Under the pieces are notes generated by a model, which saw only the letters and a program-made list of their open reading frames with translations, made no database searches and was not told where the DNA came from. Made by a program: the position numbers and the translations under genes. Shown one piece after another: positions 50,723 to 60,623 of a stretch of DNA of 60,623 nt. Origin of the DNA: Saccostrea cucullata. Its lineage: Eukaryota. The stretch is taken from NCBI RefSeq assembly GCF_032062105.1, contig NW_026921564.1, positions 124,001 through 184,623 on the forward strand, in the 5' to 3' direction. Position 1 is the first letter of the stretch. Every line of letters starts with the position of its first letter.

Positions 50723-52378
50723 ATGGCCAGCAACATCAGCAGAGCGCAGGAGATCATTCTCTGTCATCTTTGTGATGCGAAAGCTATTGTACTTTTCTGT
50801 AATCCCTGTCAGGTCAACTTATGCGAGGAATGCGTAGGGAAACACTATATGACGTCATCGTCTGCCGTACACGAGATTGTCAAATACAAAGACAGAAAAT
50901 CTCATCTTATTTTTACAAACTGCGAGTCTCACAAGAGTGAAAAATGTACAGTTCATTGTCAAATCTGTGATATACCAGTTTGTATAAAATGTTTGACAGG
51001 GGTCCATAAAGGACATGAGGCTTCTGATTTCTCGGAAATAGTTGAATCAAAAAAACGCCAGATCGAAGAAAACACTGCTCACCTTGAAAATGCAATTCCT
51101 CAGTTTGACCAAGCCGATGCAAGGATCGCAACAAATTTGGCAGATTTTATTTCAAGATGTGATGAATTGCAAATAGGTGTAGACAAATGTGGAAAAGAAT
51201 GGCATCGCATCGTTGATGAAATCGTCGATAAAAACCAAAAAGACATCGCCAAGATGAAAGAAGATAGAATTCGAGAATTAAGAGGTTACCAAGACGAAAA
51301 CAAGAACACACAGCAATTATTAATGGAAACTTTTAGGCAGAATCGAAAGATTATTGAGTCTGTTGATGCAAGTGCGATCAACGAATACAAATATAAAGAA
51401 GGGGAACTGCATCTAAGAGGACCTTTAGAAGTTAAAGTTAATCTACCAACCTTTGTTCCCGGGCAGGTAAATTTATCCGAACTATTTGGAAATTTTGGGA
51501 AACTTCACTTGACCAGTATATCAACGTCAATGTCTAATACTGCAGCATCCTATACCGCCCCAACCACAAAGAAACTGTTGGAAGAAATTATTCAAATCGC
51601 AGAATTTAAGACTAATGACAATCTAAGGCATCTGTGTTGTACTGGTACAGAGGAGGTTTGGGTGAGTTACGATAAGAAGTCGAAGATCGAATGTATGAAT
51701 ATACATGGATCAGTCAGGAAGTCTTGTATTTCCATTTGTATGGACTGGAGTGGTTACCCAAGTGGCATTTCTGTAACAAATAAAGGAGAACTAGTGTATA
51801 CAGATAAAAAGAGTAGAAGTGTTAATGCTTATCAAGATGGAAGACATTCCTTTTTCATCATGGTGGAACAGGGATGGCAACCCATGGCGGTGTATTGTAC
51901 AAAATTGGAGGAATTACTTGTCTCTTTGAAATTGGTGGATGATCGTGCGTGTAAAATTGTCCGTTACAAAGGACAAACAATCACTCAGGAAATGATCGAG
52001 GATAACCGGAGTGATCCGTTATATAAAGGAGGAAATAAGATGCTCTATGTGACGGAAAACGTCAATGGTGACGTCGTTGCTTCTGATTGCAATGCCAAAC
52101 GCGTTGTCGTAGTTAATAGTGCAGGTACACTCCGATATCATTTCAAAGGACATAAGTCGATCAAGGGTAAATTTACTCCTGGTTCCATTGTCACTGATTC
52201 AAAGGGTCGTATCTTGGTGGAAGATGATGGGAATAATTGTATCCAAATCATCGATCAGGATGGACAGTATTTAAGACATCTGAATTATTGTGGCATCTTG
52301 AGTTTAGATACACTCGGGCGACTGTGGGTGGGAAAGTTTATTGGAAACAAAGTGAATGTGATTAAATATACAAAATAA
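50723..52378 (+). CDS. RING-less TRIM-like protein, type B copy 3, 551 aa
   Basis: Intact ORF collinear with the other type B copies; acceptor at 50685. Confidence 0.93.
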   Translation: MASNISRAQEIILCHLCDAKAIVLFCNPCQVNLCEECVGKHYMTSSSAVHEIVKYKDRKSHLIFTNCESHKSEKCTVHCQICDIPVCIKCLTGVHKGHEASDFSEIVESKKRQIEENTAHLENAIPQFDQADARIATNLADFISRCDELQIGVDKCGKEWHRIVDEIVDKNQKDIAKMKEDRIRELRGYQDENKNTQQLLMETFRQNRKIIESVDASAINEYKYKEGELHLRGPLEVKVNLPTFVPGQVNLSELFGNFGKLHLTSISTSMSNTAASYTAPTTKKLLEEIIQIAEFKTNDNLRHLCCTGTEEVWVSYDKKSKIECMNIHGSVRKSCISICMDWSGYPSGISVTNKGELVYTDKKSRSVNAYQDGRHSFFIMVEQGWQPMAVYCTKLEELLVSLKLVDDRACKIVRYKGQTITQEMIEDNRSDPLYKGGNKMLYVTENVNGDVVASDCNAKRVVVVNSAGTLRYHFKGHKSIKGKFTPGSIVTDSKGRILVEDDGNNCIQIIDQDGQYLRHLNYCGILSLDTLGRLWVGKFIGNKVNVIKYTK

Positions 52379-53759
52379 TAAAAAAGAAAGATACATGCAT
52401 TGTACATACATTGTAGTGCTAGTCTTTAACCAAAGAGCTCTTAGTAAATGTATCCTTATATTGAGTAGAAATACATTTTTTCCTTAATTTGATTTAAGCG
52501 CAAAACGGTAAAATGTGAATTTTTAACAAAACACTTTAAGGTGTAACTTTTATCCCAGAATACTCTTTTAATCTTTTCGAATTGACAAGGAATCCAAATC
52601 AGATGACTGTTTGGATGTTAAGCATTTACGCATTTCTTCGTGTGCCCATGATGAAATGATTGTATCATGTTGTAAATTAAAAATTTTTATTTAGTAGTGG
52701 AGAAAATGCAAAATTTAAAACGTTACAACTTTCTTTTTTTGCCCTTCATCAACACCTTTTCAGTTCAAAAATTAAATAAGATAATAGACTGGTTGTCAAA
52801 GTGTATATTCCATTCAGGATGTTTTATCGAGGGAGTGGTTGTGTGTGGGGGGTAACCATATGGTCTCAAAATATTTTATAAAAGTAAGATTTTTTTTTAT
52901 CAAATTGTGCTGTTTGTCTTGTGTAAGAGGAATTCTTGGAACTAATCGTCGTGTTCATTCCTGGAAATTAAAAAAATCATATTGCAAAAAAAAAAAAAAA
53001 AAAAATTCCTTCATCCAACATTATTATGAAGAGGTTACTGCTTAAAATGTTGGAGTTCTAGGACCATAGTTTTTTGTTGTTTTTTTTTTTTTATAAAAAC
53101 TACCCTCATTTGGCCCCAGGATAACAATTGTAATGAAATGCTAAAACTACATTGCATATCTCGAGAACACTGCCTATCACCTTTCAAAAAATGAATTGCT
53201 AACTGCTTAAAATCTAAGAGAAGATTAAGGAACTAAAATCCTAGACGGAACACCATACATCTATAATAAAAGTGACACAACTCTCTTAACTGATCAGATG
53301 ATGCAGGGCAGTTCTAAATCGAAAGTTGATGGAAATATTATGTCCTAGGCCTACATAAAAGCTTTTATTCAGTACGTATACAATAATCCCAGTTTGCTGT
53401 GCTGTTCCAAAGAACTTACAAGTATATCTTATTCTGACAGGTGTTTTAAAGAACGAGTACCTCATACATTGTACATGTATGTGTGCGTGCATGGTGCATA
53501 CTTATCAGTATCTTCTGAAATGATCATGTGAGATGGTTGAATGGCCTTGTGAACTTCACTGAATTCAGTAAGTATGGCGAAAAGAAAAATGTATGAATCG
53601 CTTTTACCAGATTATAAGGAATGTAAAGACACATCCACAAATAAGACATTATGTGCTGTTAAAAATGAAATATTGGCATAACAAAAAAGGTCAAAGTCCA
53701 TTTTTATACAATGCACATCAAGGGAAGAAGAACTGAAGCGGGCCTCTATAAAAAAACAT

Positions 53760-54180
53760 CCAAAGTTGAATAAGGTGCCACGGAGGAGTATGCATCCCCT
53801 GTCGACTGATCATACCTTCTTGTCACGATCGGGTAAATTGGTGAAAATCTGTAGAAATTTCATTGTGTAAACAATGGCTTAACAATTATAGGATGAAAAT
53901 TGTAAGCAAGTATTTGATCCTATGATAGACTGCATTTGCTGATAAGGTAAATGTGTGGACCATAGAACTTCCGAATTGATAACTTTAAACGAAATGTAAA
54001 TATCCGTGTTTCATTAACTTGATGGTCATTAGCTTGCCTCGTTTTAAAAATTGATCGTACATAGAGCATGCTCTTACGTACTGAATCAACTGGGAGACTT
54101 AAACCTCATATACTGGTGGTAAGGATATATTGCTACAAAATAAGGAATTTGACGATAGAAAAGTTGAAGTCATCACGTTT
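53760..54180 (-). mobile_element. Penelope-like RT relic upstream of the TRIM pseudogene
   Basis: Minus strand reads KRDDFNFSIV...SQLIQYVRACSMYDQFLKRGKLMTIKLMKHG with frameshifts, matching the PLE RT C-terminal consensus. Confidence 0.65.
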
Positions 54181-54351
54181 TGCGCAAGTTTCTTAAAAAA
54201 AAAAAATTATGCACAGCAGCATATTTTTTCAAATTGTAAAAGGTTTTTGATGAGATATATACATATAATTTTATAATATTAATACATGTATATTAGCTTA
54301 GTTTACAAAAATGTGGGGCATGCATATATTAAGCTTCATTTACAAAAATGT

Positions 54352-54382
<31 letters not shown>

Positions 54383-54492
54383 TTGTCTTTCCATTTACAG
54401 CAATTTTCTACAGATGTTAAGAATCTGACATATAGTTTTGTTTCATCATTTTTAGATGTGAATAAAATCTTAAAATAGAAAACCTAGTCATA

Positions 54493-56148
54493 ATGGCCAG
54501 CAACATCACCAGAGCGCTGGCAATCATTCTGTGTCACCTCTGTGACGCGAGAGCTGCTGCACTTCACTGTAATTCCTGCCAGGTCAACTTATGCGAGAAA
54601 TGCGTAGGAAAACACTTTATGACGTCATCGTCTTCCACATTCGAAATTGTTAAATGCAAAGAAAGGAAGTTCCATCTTATTTTCACAATCTGTGAATCTC
54701 ACAAAAGTGAAAAATGCACTGTGCATTGTGAAAACTGTGATAAATCAATTTGTATAAAATGTGTGACGGGAGTCCATAGGGGACATGAGACTTCTGATCT
54801 CTTGGAAATAGTTGAATCAAAAAAAGCGCCAAATCGAAAAAAAAACACTGCTCACCTTGAAAATGCAATTCCTCAGTTTGACCAAGCCTATGCAAGGATC
54901 GCAACAAATCTGGCAGATTTTATTTCAAGGTGTGATGAATTACAATTAGCTGTCAACAAATGTGGCAAAGAATGGCGTCGCGTCGTTGATGAAATCGTCG
55001 ATAAAAACAAAAAAGACATCGCCAAGATGAAAGAAGATAGAATTCGAGAAATGAGAGGTTACCAAGAAGAAATCAAGAACACACAGCAATTATTACTGGA
55101 GACTGTTAGGCAAAATCGAAAGATTGTTGAGTTTGTATGCAAGTGAGATCAACCAATGCAAATACAAGGGACGGGAACTTAGTCAGAGGGGACCTTTAGA
55201 AGTTGATTTGAATTCATCAACCTTTGTTCCCTGGCAGGTCAATTTTTCCGAACTACCTGGATTTTTTTTTTGGAAACTTCACTTGACCAATAATATATCG
55301 ACGTCAATGTCTAATACTGCAGCATCCTATACCGCCCCAACCAAAGAGAAACTGTTATTGAAATAGCAGCTTTTTTGACGAATGACAATCTAAGGCATCT
55401 CTGTTGTACTGGTACAGAGGAGGTTTGGGTAAGTTACGATAAAAAGGCGAGGATCCAACGTAAGGACATACGTGGATCAATCGGGAAGACTTTTAGGTCC
55501 ATTTGTATGCACTGGAGTGGTTACCCAAGTCGCATATCGGTAACAAGAAAAGGAGAACTAGTGGGTTATACAGATAAACAGAGTAAAACTGTTTATACTT
55601 ACCAAGATGGAAGACATTTCTCTCTGATCATGGTACAACAGGGATGGCAACCGATTGCAGTGTATTGTACAAAATCGGGGGATTTCCTTGTCTGCTTGAA
55701 AACGGTTGATGATCGTGTGTGTAAAATTGTCCGTTATAAAGGACAAACAATCATTCAGGAAATGGCCATGGATAATCGAGGTGATCCGTTATATAAAGGA
55801 GGCAATAAGATGCTCTATGTGACGGAAAACATCAACGGAGATGTCGTTGCGTCTGACTGCAATGCCAAATTTGTTGTCGTAGTTAACTGTTCAGGTGCGC
55901 TGCGATATCATTCTAAAGGAGATAAGTCGATCAAGGGTAAATTTACTCCTGGTTCCATTGTCACTGATTCAAAGGGTCGTACCTTGGTGGAAGATGATGG
56001 AAATAGTTGTATCCAAATCATTGATCAGGATGGACAGTATTTAAAACATCTAAATTATTGTGGCATACTGAGCTTGGACACACTCGGGCGACTGTGGGTG
56101 GGAAAGGTTAATGGTAACAAAGTGAATGTGATCAAATATACAGAATAA
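54493..56148 (+). pseudogene. Full-length type B TRIM-like pseudogene
   Basis: Collinear with intact copies but broken into three ORFs by a 2-nt deletion (~55138) and a ~10-nt deletion (~55356). Also has compensating +1/+2 slips in A-runs (~54820-54845). Confidence 0.88.
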
Positions 56149-56220
56149 AAAGGAAGATACAAGCATTGTATACAGTGTGTTTCCATAATGAAAATGATTG
56201 CATCATGTATCATGTTGTAA

Positions 56221-56341
56221 TTTATTCCTGGGTCCATACTTGTGACTGACTTAGGCGGTCGTATTTTGGTGGAAGATGGTATAATTGTATCCATATCATT
56301 GATCAGGATGGACAGTGAGTGTGATCAAATATACAGAATAA
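56221..56341 (+). pseudogene. Degenerate fragment of a type B TRIM 3' end
   Basis: Repeats the FTPGSIVTD..GRILVED..DQDGQ region, fused by a deletion to VIKYTE*, and is followed by a second 3' flank copy. Confidence 0.75.
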
Positions 56342-57975
56342 AATGGAAGGTACATGCTGTGTTCCTACATTCTTTAACCACAGAGCTTTTAGTAATTTTA
56401 TGTCAATAATATTACTTAGGAATATCCTTTTCTCCCCAAATGATTTAAGCACAAACTTAAGATGTGGAATATTATGAATATTTGACAAAGAAAAATGTTT
56501 AACTTTCATCCCAGAATCCTGTTTTAATCTTTTTGAATTTATATCAGATGACTGTTACGATGTTTTAGCGTTAACACATTTCTACAAATGTTCATGGTAA
56601 CAATGATTGTTTCGTGTTGTAAATTTGAATTTACTAGTGGAGTTAAAGTTTAAAACATGATAACTGTCATTTGTTTGCATTTACTACATCTTTTTAATTT
56701 AAAAATAAGATAATTGACTTTTTGTCTAGATGAATCCTTCATCTAGGATTCAGTGAATGTGTGTGTGGTTCCACATCCACTACCCCTCCCCCGAGTTTAA
56801 CAAAATTAAGATTTTTTTTCACATTGCACTGATACACAATGCATATACAGGTTTTTATACTATAATGAGCTGTTCTGAAATCAATATAAAAATCTTGCAT
56901 AATGGCTAATAAAGAAATCAATGCATAAATGTACATTTGTACTGATGGTTAAAAAAAATCAATAAATTAACTCAGTTGATGTCAATTTTGTCTACAGATC
57001 TTTGTATTTGAGATTGGAATTGTCCCCTTGTCAAAGCTTCAGATTCATTTGCCATGAATGACTTCTAATTCGAGTATGTTGTTGAGCCATGTCCTTCACG
57101 CATGGTCAACATAAAGTGATGACCAGGGTATAATTTGGGATTGGTTAAGAAATCTGTTGAGAGTTGAGTTTGTGTTTATTCCCATGAAAGTCCATGTTTT
57201 TAAAAGTTAGGTCTGATCAAAATGTCAGTTTTTCTGCCCTTTGACCTTGCATCTGAGATAGAATCTAGGTGGAAATCTAGATGAATGAGGTCTAGATTAT
57301 CAGTAACAAGATGCGGAAGTTTAGATTTTTACAGGTTTTAAAGGTGGAACTCGGACACTATTTCAATATTTTAAATTGGAATATTCTAGTTAGTAAGTGA
57401 GGTAACAGGAATAAGGAATATCGATCGCTTAAATATATACATATATATTTACTCGGAGGAATTTGCGATCCACCCAATAACTTGTATGATTAGATACTAT
57501 TTATTTGTTTTTTTCTTTATAATTCTTTTGACATATGTAAATTTTTTTCTGTAGAAACCTCTGTTGTAAAATTCAGCCTTTTTGTGTAAAATATCCCAGA
57601 TGGAACACCATACAATGTATCTCTGATGCAAGTGAAATATCTCTGTTATCAGTGTGATCAGATGATGCAGAGCAGTTTTAAATTGAAAGTTGATGGAATA
57701 AATTTTCCCTAGGCCTATAGCTATAGAAATGCTTTTATTCAGTAAGTAACAGCCTTTATAATAATTGCAAATTGATGTGCTCTTCACAAGAACCACTTAC
57801 AGGTACATCGTATACTCACTGGTGTTTTAAATAATGAATACCCCATATATACATGTTTGTGTAAGTGCATGGTGCATGATTATCAGTATCTTCTGAAATG
57901 ATCATGTGAACTTCAATGAATTCAGTAAGTATGACTAAAAGGATAAATGTATGAATCGTATTTACCTGGCCTTAA

Positions 57976-58312
57976 GGACATACGCAACGTACCTTACCTA
58001 CTGATAATTTTCAAGATATTCTAAATTTAAATTTATAATACCATTACATGTTCTTAGATAAAAAATCAGCATGCGTTACCAGGGGATTTGAAAAGATATC
58101 AAATTTCAAAAATTTTTGCATTAATCAAAGAAAAATGTACCAAAATTACAAAACCTAATTTCCAGATTTTTTTTTCTTAAAAAATTGTTTTAGAAGAGGT
58201 GTACTAATCCATATATAGACATTAAAAGTATTGCACATATGTCTTTCATTTTGTGGAGCTCTTCAACTCTAGGGAAGAACCCAATAAAGTTCAAACTATG
58301 TTGCGTATGACC
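57976..58312. mobile_element. Kolobok-type MITE with TTAA TSD
   Basis: TTAA|GGACATACGCAAC ... GTTGCGTATGACC|TTAA; absent from the paralogous site at ~53607-53630. Confidence 0.75.
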
Positions 58313-58367
58313 TTAAGGAGTGTAAAGACACGCCTACAATTAAGACATAATGTGCTGTTAAAATAAA

Positions 58368-59040
58368 ATCAAAGTGTCAAATTTTTCGATAAAGTTATTC
58401 AAAGTGTCAAAGTTTTCACCAAAGTGTTTCAAAGTGTCAAAGTTTTCAAAAAAGTTTTTCAAAGTATTAAGGTTTTCAATAAAGTTTTTCAAAGTGTCAA
58501 AGTTTTCGCCAAAGTTTTTCAAAGTGTCAAAGTTTTCGCCAAAGTTTTTCAAAGTGTCAAAGTTTTCAATAAAGTTTTTTAAAGTGTCAAAGTTTTCGAT
58601 AAAGTTTTTCAAAGTGTCAAAGTTTTCAATAAAGTGTCAAAGTATTCGATAAACTTTTTTAAAAGTGGTAGAGTATCCAAGTTTTTGATAAAGTTTATCA
58701 AAGTGTCAAAGTTTTCGATAAAGTTTTTTAAAGTGTTAAAGTTTTTTTTAAAGTGTCAAAGTATTTGATAAACTTTTTCAAAGTGGTAAAGTATCCAAGT
58801 TTTCGATAAAGTTTTCAAAGTGTCAAAGTTTTAGATAAACTTTTTCAAAGTGTCAAATTTTTCGATAAAGTTTGTCAAAGTATCCAAGTTTTCGATAAAG
58901 TTTTCAAAGTTTCAAAGTTTTTGATAAACTTTTTCAAAGTGTTAAATTTTTCGTCAAAGTTTTTCAAAGTGTCAAAGTTTTCGTCAAAGTTTTTCAAAGT
59001 AATCACTACAGTAAATCAAAGTTTTCAAAGTGTCAATGTT
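58368..59040 (+). repeat. 30-bp minisatellite built from ~10-bp AAAGT subunits
   Basis: Unit CAAAGTGTCAAAGTTTTCGATAAAGTTTTT, decaying rightwards, followed by ACTATAGT palindromes to ~59104. Confidence 0.9.
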
Positions 59041-59230
59041 ATCACTATAGTTAACTATAGTAAAATATGATAAACTATAGTTAACTTAGTATTTTTTGTT
59101 AGGGAAGAAAGGAACGTATGTATACCATTTACTTCATATTTTCCAAGTGTAAAAATAAATGCCAACGAACTTGTTTGGATCAGAAAGAAAAACTACATGT
59201 AATTACATGTAAATAACTCCCCTAATAATA

Positions 59231-59232
<2 letters not shown>

Positions 59233-59306
<74 letters not shown>
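59233..59306. repeat. (AT)n microsatellite
   Basis: Perfect AT run. Confidence 0.95.
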
Positions 59307-59309
<3 letters not shown>

Positions 59310-59518
59310 CTGATGGTTAGAACAATAGGAATACATATTTTCTTTCTATCTCGCCTTTCTCTCTCCCTTTGCACAATTTAAAGTAATACATAACTGTTCA
59401 TATCTTTTTTTTTTTCTCCTGATGGATTTGTTCTTTGAAAGATAGAAAATATAGGACATCGAGTTATTAACATCAAGTTATTTAAGGAACAGTCAGAATT
59501 GTTTTTTTTGTTTGATTA

Positions 59519-59725
59519 CTGTAAAAGTACTTTTTCCGCGTGGTATTAATTTACGCTATGTACGCGGGTACAAATTTTCCGCGGAAATTTGTCCAAGCGT
59601 ACTTACTATCGATATAAGGCATATAGTGACAGTCTAAGAAATCCGCGTAATTTTCTATCCGCGGATTAAACAGAATTTGAGATTCCGCGGAATTTTGACC
59701 CTGTGGAAAAAAAGTACGCCTACAG
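59519..59725. mobile_element. Degenerate MITE
   Basis: CTGTAAAAGTACTTTTTCC ... GGAAAAAAAGTACGCCTACAG inverted ends with CCGCGG internal repeats. Confidence 0.5.
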
Positions 59726-60021
59726 TGTTTTGCGACACCCAGGCTTCTATGCAATTAGTAAATTCTTTCAATTATTTTTACACAAACCTTATGTTTCTGG
59801 GAAAATGTATCTCCTTGCACAGCAGCATTTTCTTCTTCAAATTGTAAAATGGTTTTTAATGAAACACGTACATAATCTTATTATAATCTTCTTATAATTC
59901 TATTAATGTAAATACATGTACATTAGCTTCACTTACAAAATATAAAAATCATTTGTAAAATACAATTTTTTCATCATTTTTAGATGTGATTTAAAATTTC
60001 AAAGTAGAAGACCTAGTCATA

Positions 60022-60623
60022 ATGGCCAGCAATATCACCAGAGCACAGGAGATAATTCTCTGTCATCTTTGTGATATCGATGCCAAAGCTGCTGCACTTC
60101 TCTGTAATTCCTGTCAGGTCAACTTATGCGAAGAATGCGTAGGAAAACACTATATGACGTCATCGTCTTCCGCACACGAAATTGTTAAATACAAAGACAG
60201 GAAGTTCCATCTTATTTTCACAAACTGCGAGTCTCACAAAAGTGAAAAATGCACCGTGCATTGTCAAAACTGTGATATACCAGTCTGCATAAAATGTTTA
60301 ACAGGGGTCCATAGGGGACACGAGGCTTCTGATCTCTCGAAAATAGTTGAATCAAAAAAGCGCCAGATCATAGAAAACACTGCTCACCTTGAAAATCTAA
60401 TTCCTCAGTTTGACCAAGCCGATGCAAGGATCGCAACAAGTTTGGCAGACTTTATTTCAAGGTGTGATGAATTGCAGATAGCTGTTAACAAATTTGGAAA
60501 AGAATGGCATCGTATCGTGGATGAAATCGTCGATAAAAATAAAAAAGACATCGCCAAGATGAAAGAAGATGGAATTCGAGAAATAGGAGATTACCAAGAC
60601 GAAAACAAGAACACACAGCAATT
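60022..60623 (+). CDS. RING-less TRIM-like protein, type B copy 5 (truncated by window end; not in ORF track)
   Basis: ATG at 60022 opens MASNITRAQEIILCHLCDIDAKAAALLCNSCQ..., with no stop before the window end. Acceptor at 59983; 2-aa insertion in B-box1. Confidence 0.88.
   Translation, partial: MASNITRAQEIILCHLCDIDAKAAALLCNSCQVNLCEECVGKHYMTSSSSAHEIVKYKDRKFHLIFTNCESHKSEKCTVHCQNCDIPVCIKCLTGVHRGHEASDLSKIVESKKRQIIENTAHLENLIPQFDQADARIATSLADFISRCDELQIAVNKFGKEWHRIVDEIVDKNKKDIAKMKEDGIREIGDYQDENKNTQQ

Noticed and set aside
53760-54180. Hammerhead ribozyme or SECIS associated with the Penelope-like relics
   Set aside because: I could not identify a convincing CUGAnGA/GAAA core with stems or a SECIS fold by eye.
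58358-58652. Repetitive ORFs (NFDTLKNFIE)n and (FKVSKFSIKF)n
   Set aside because: Translation of a 30-bp minisatellite that happens to be open on both strands; no gene context.
23602-60623. Assigning TRIM2/TRIM3/TRIM45/TRIM71 symbols, or calling the genes retrocopies
   Set aside because: No RING or filamin domain and no demonstrable orthology. Each copy has an upstream splice acceptor and shared flanks, indicating DNA-level tandem duplication.

Overview
AT-rich eukaryotic (spliceosomal-intron) genomic DNA, most likely from an oyster (Crassostrea/Magallana or a close relative), judged from a Helentron-type element carrying ~166-bp Cg170-like repeats. The left third is gene-rich. It holds the last eight coding exons of an axonemal dynein heavy chain (DNAH3-like, +), a head-to-head pair of GPI-type Ly6/three-finger genes (145 aa on -, 144 aa on +; both spliced models were reconstructed by hand and are missing from the ORF track), and a 329-aa intronless orphan ORF (-). 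The right two-thirds is a tandem array of RING-less TRIM-like genes (B-box1, B-box2, coiled coil, NHL-like propeller) with single-exon CDSs. The array has four intact copies, one copy running off the window end, one full-length pseudogene and two fragments. Its units share putative non-coding 5' exons, an ATG-stop mini-uORF and a Penelope-like RT relic. The spacers are filled with nested non-autonomous transposons (HINE/Helentron, Kolobok/piggyBac-type TTAA, TA-target, IS3EU-type and CAC-terminus elements), several of which can be checked against empty sites in paralogous units. Family names rest on remembered motifs, not database searches.
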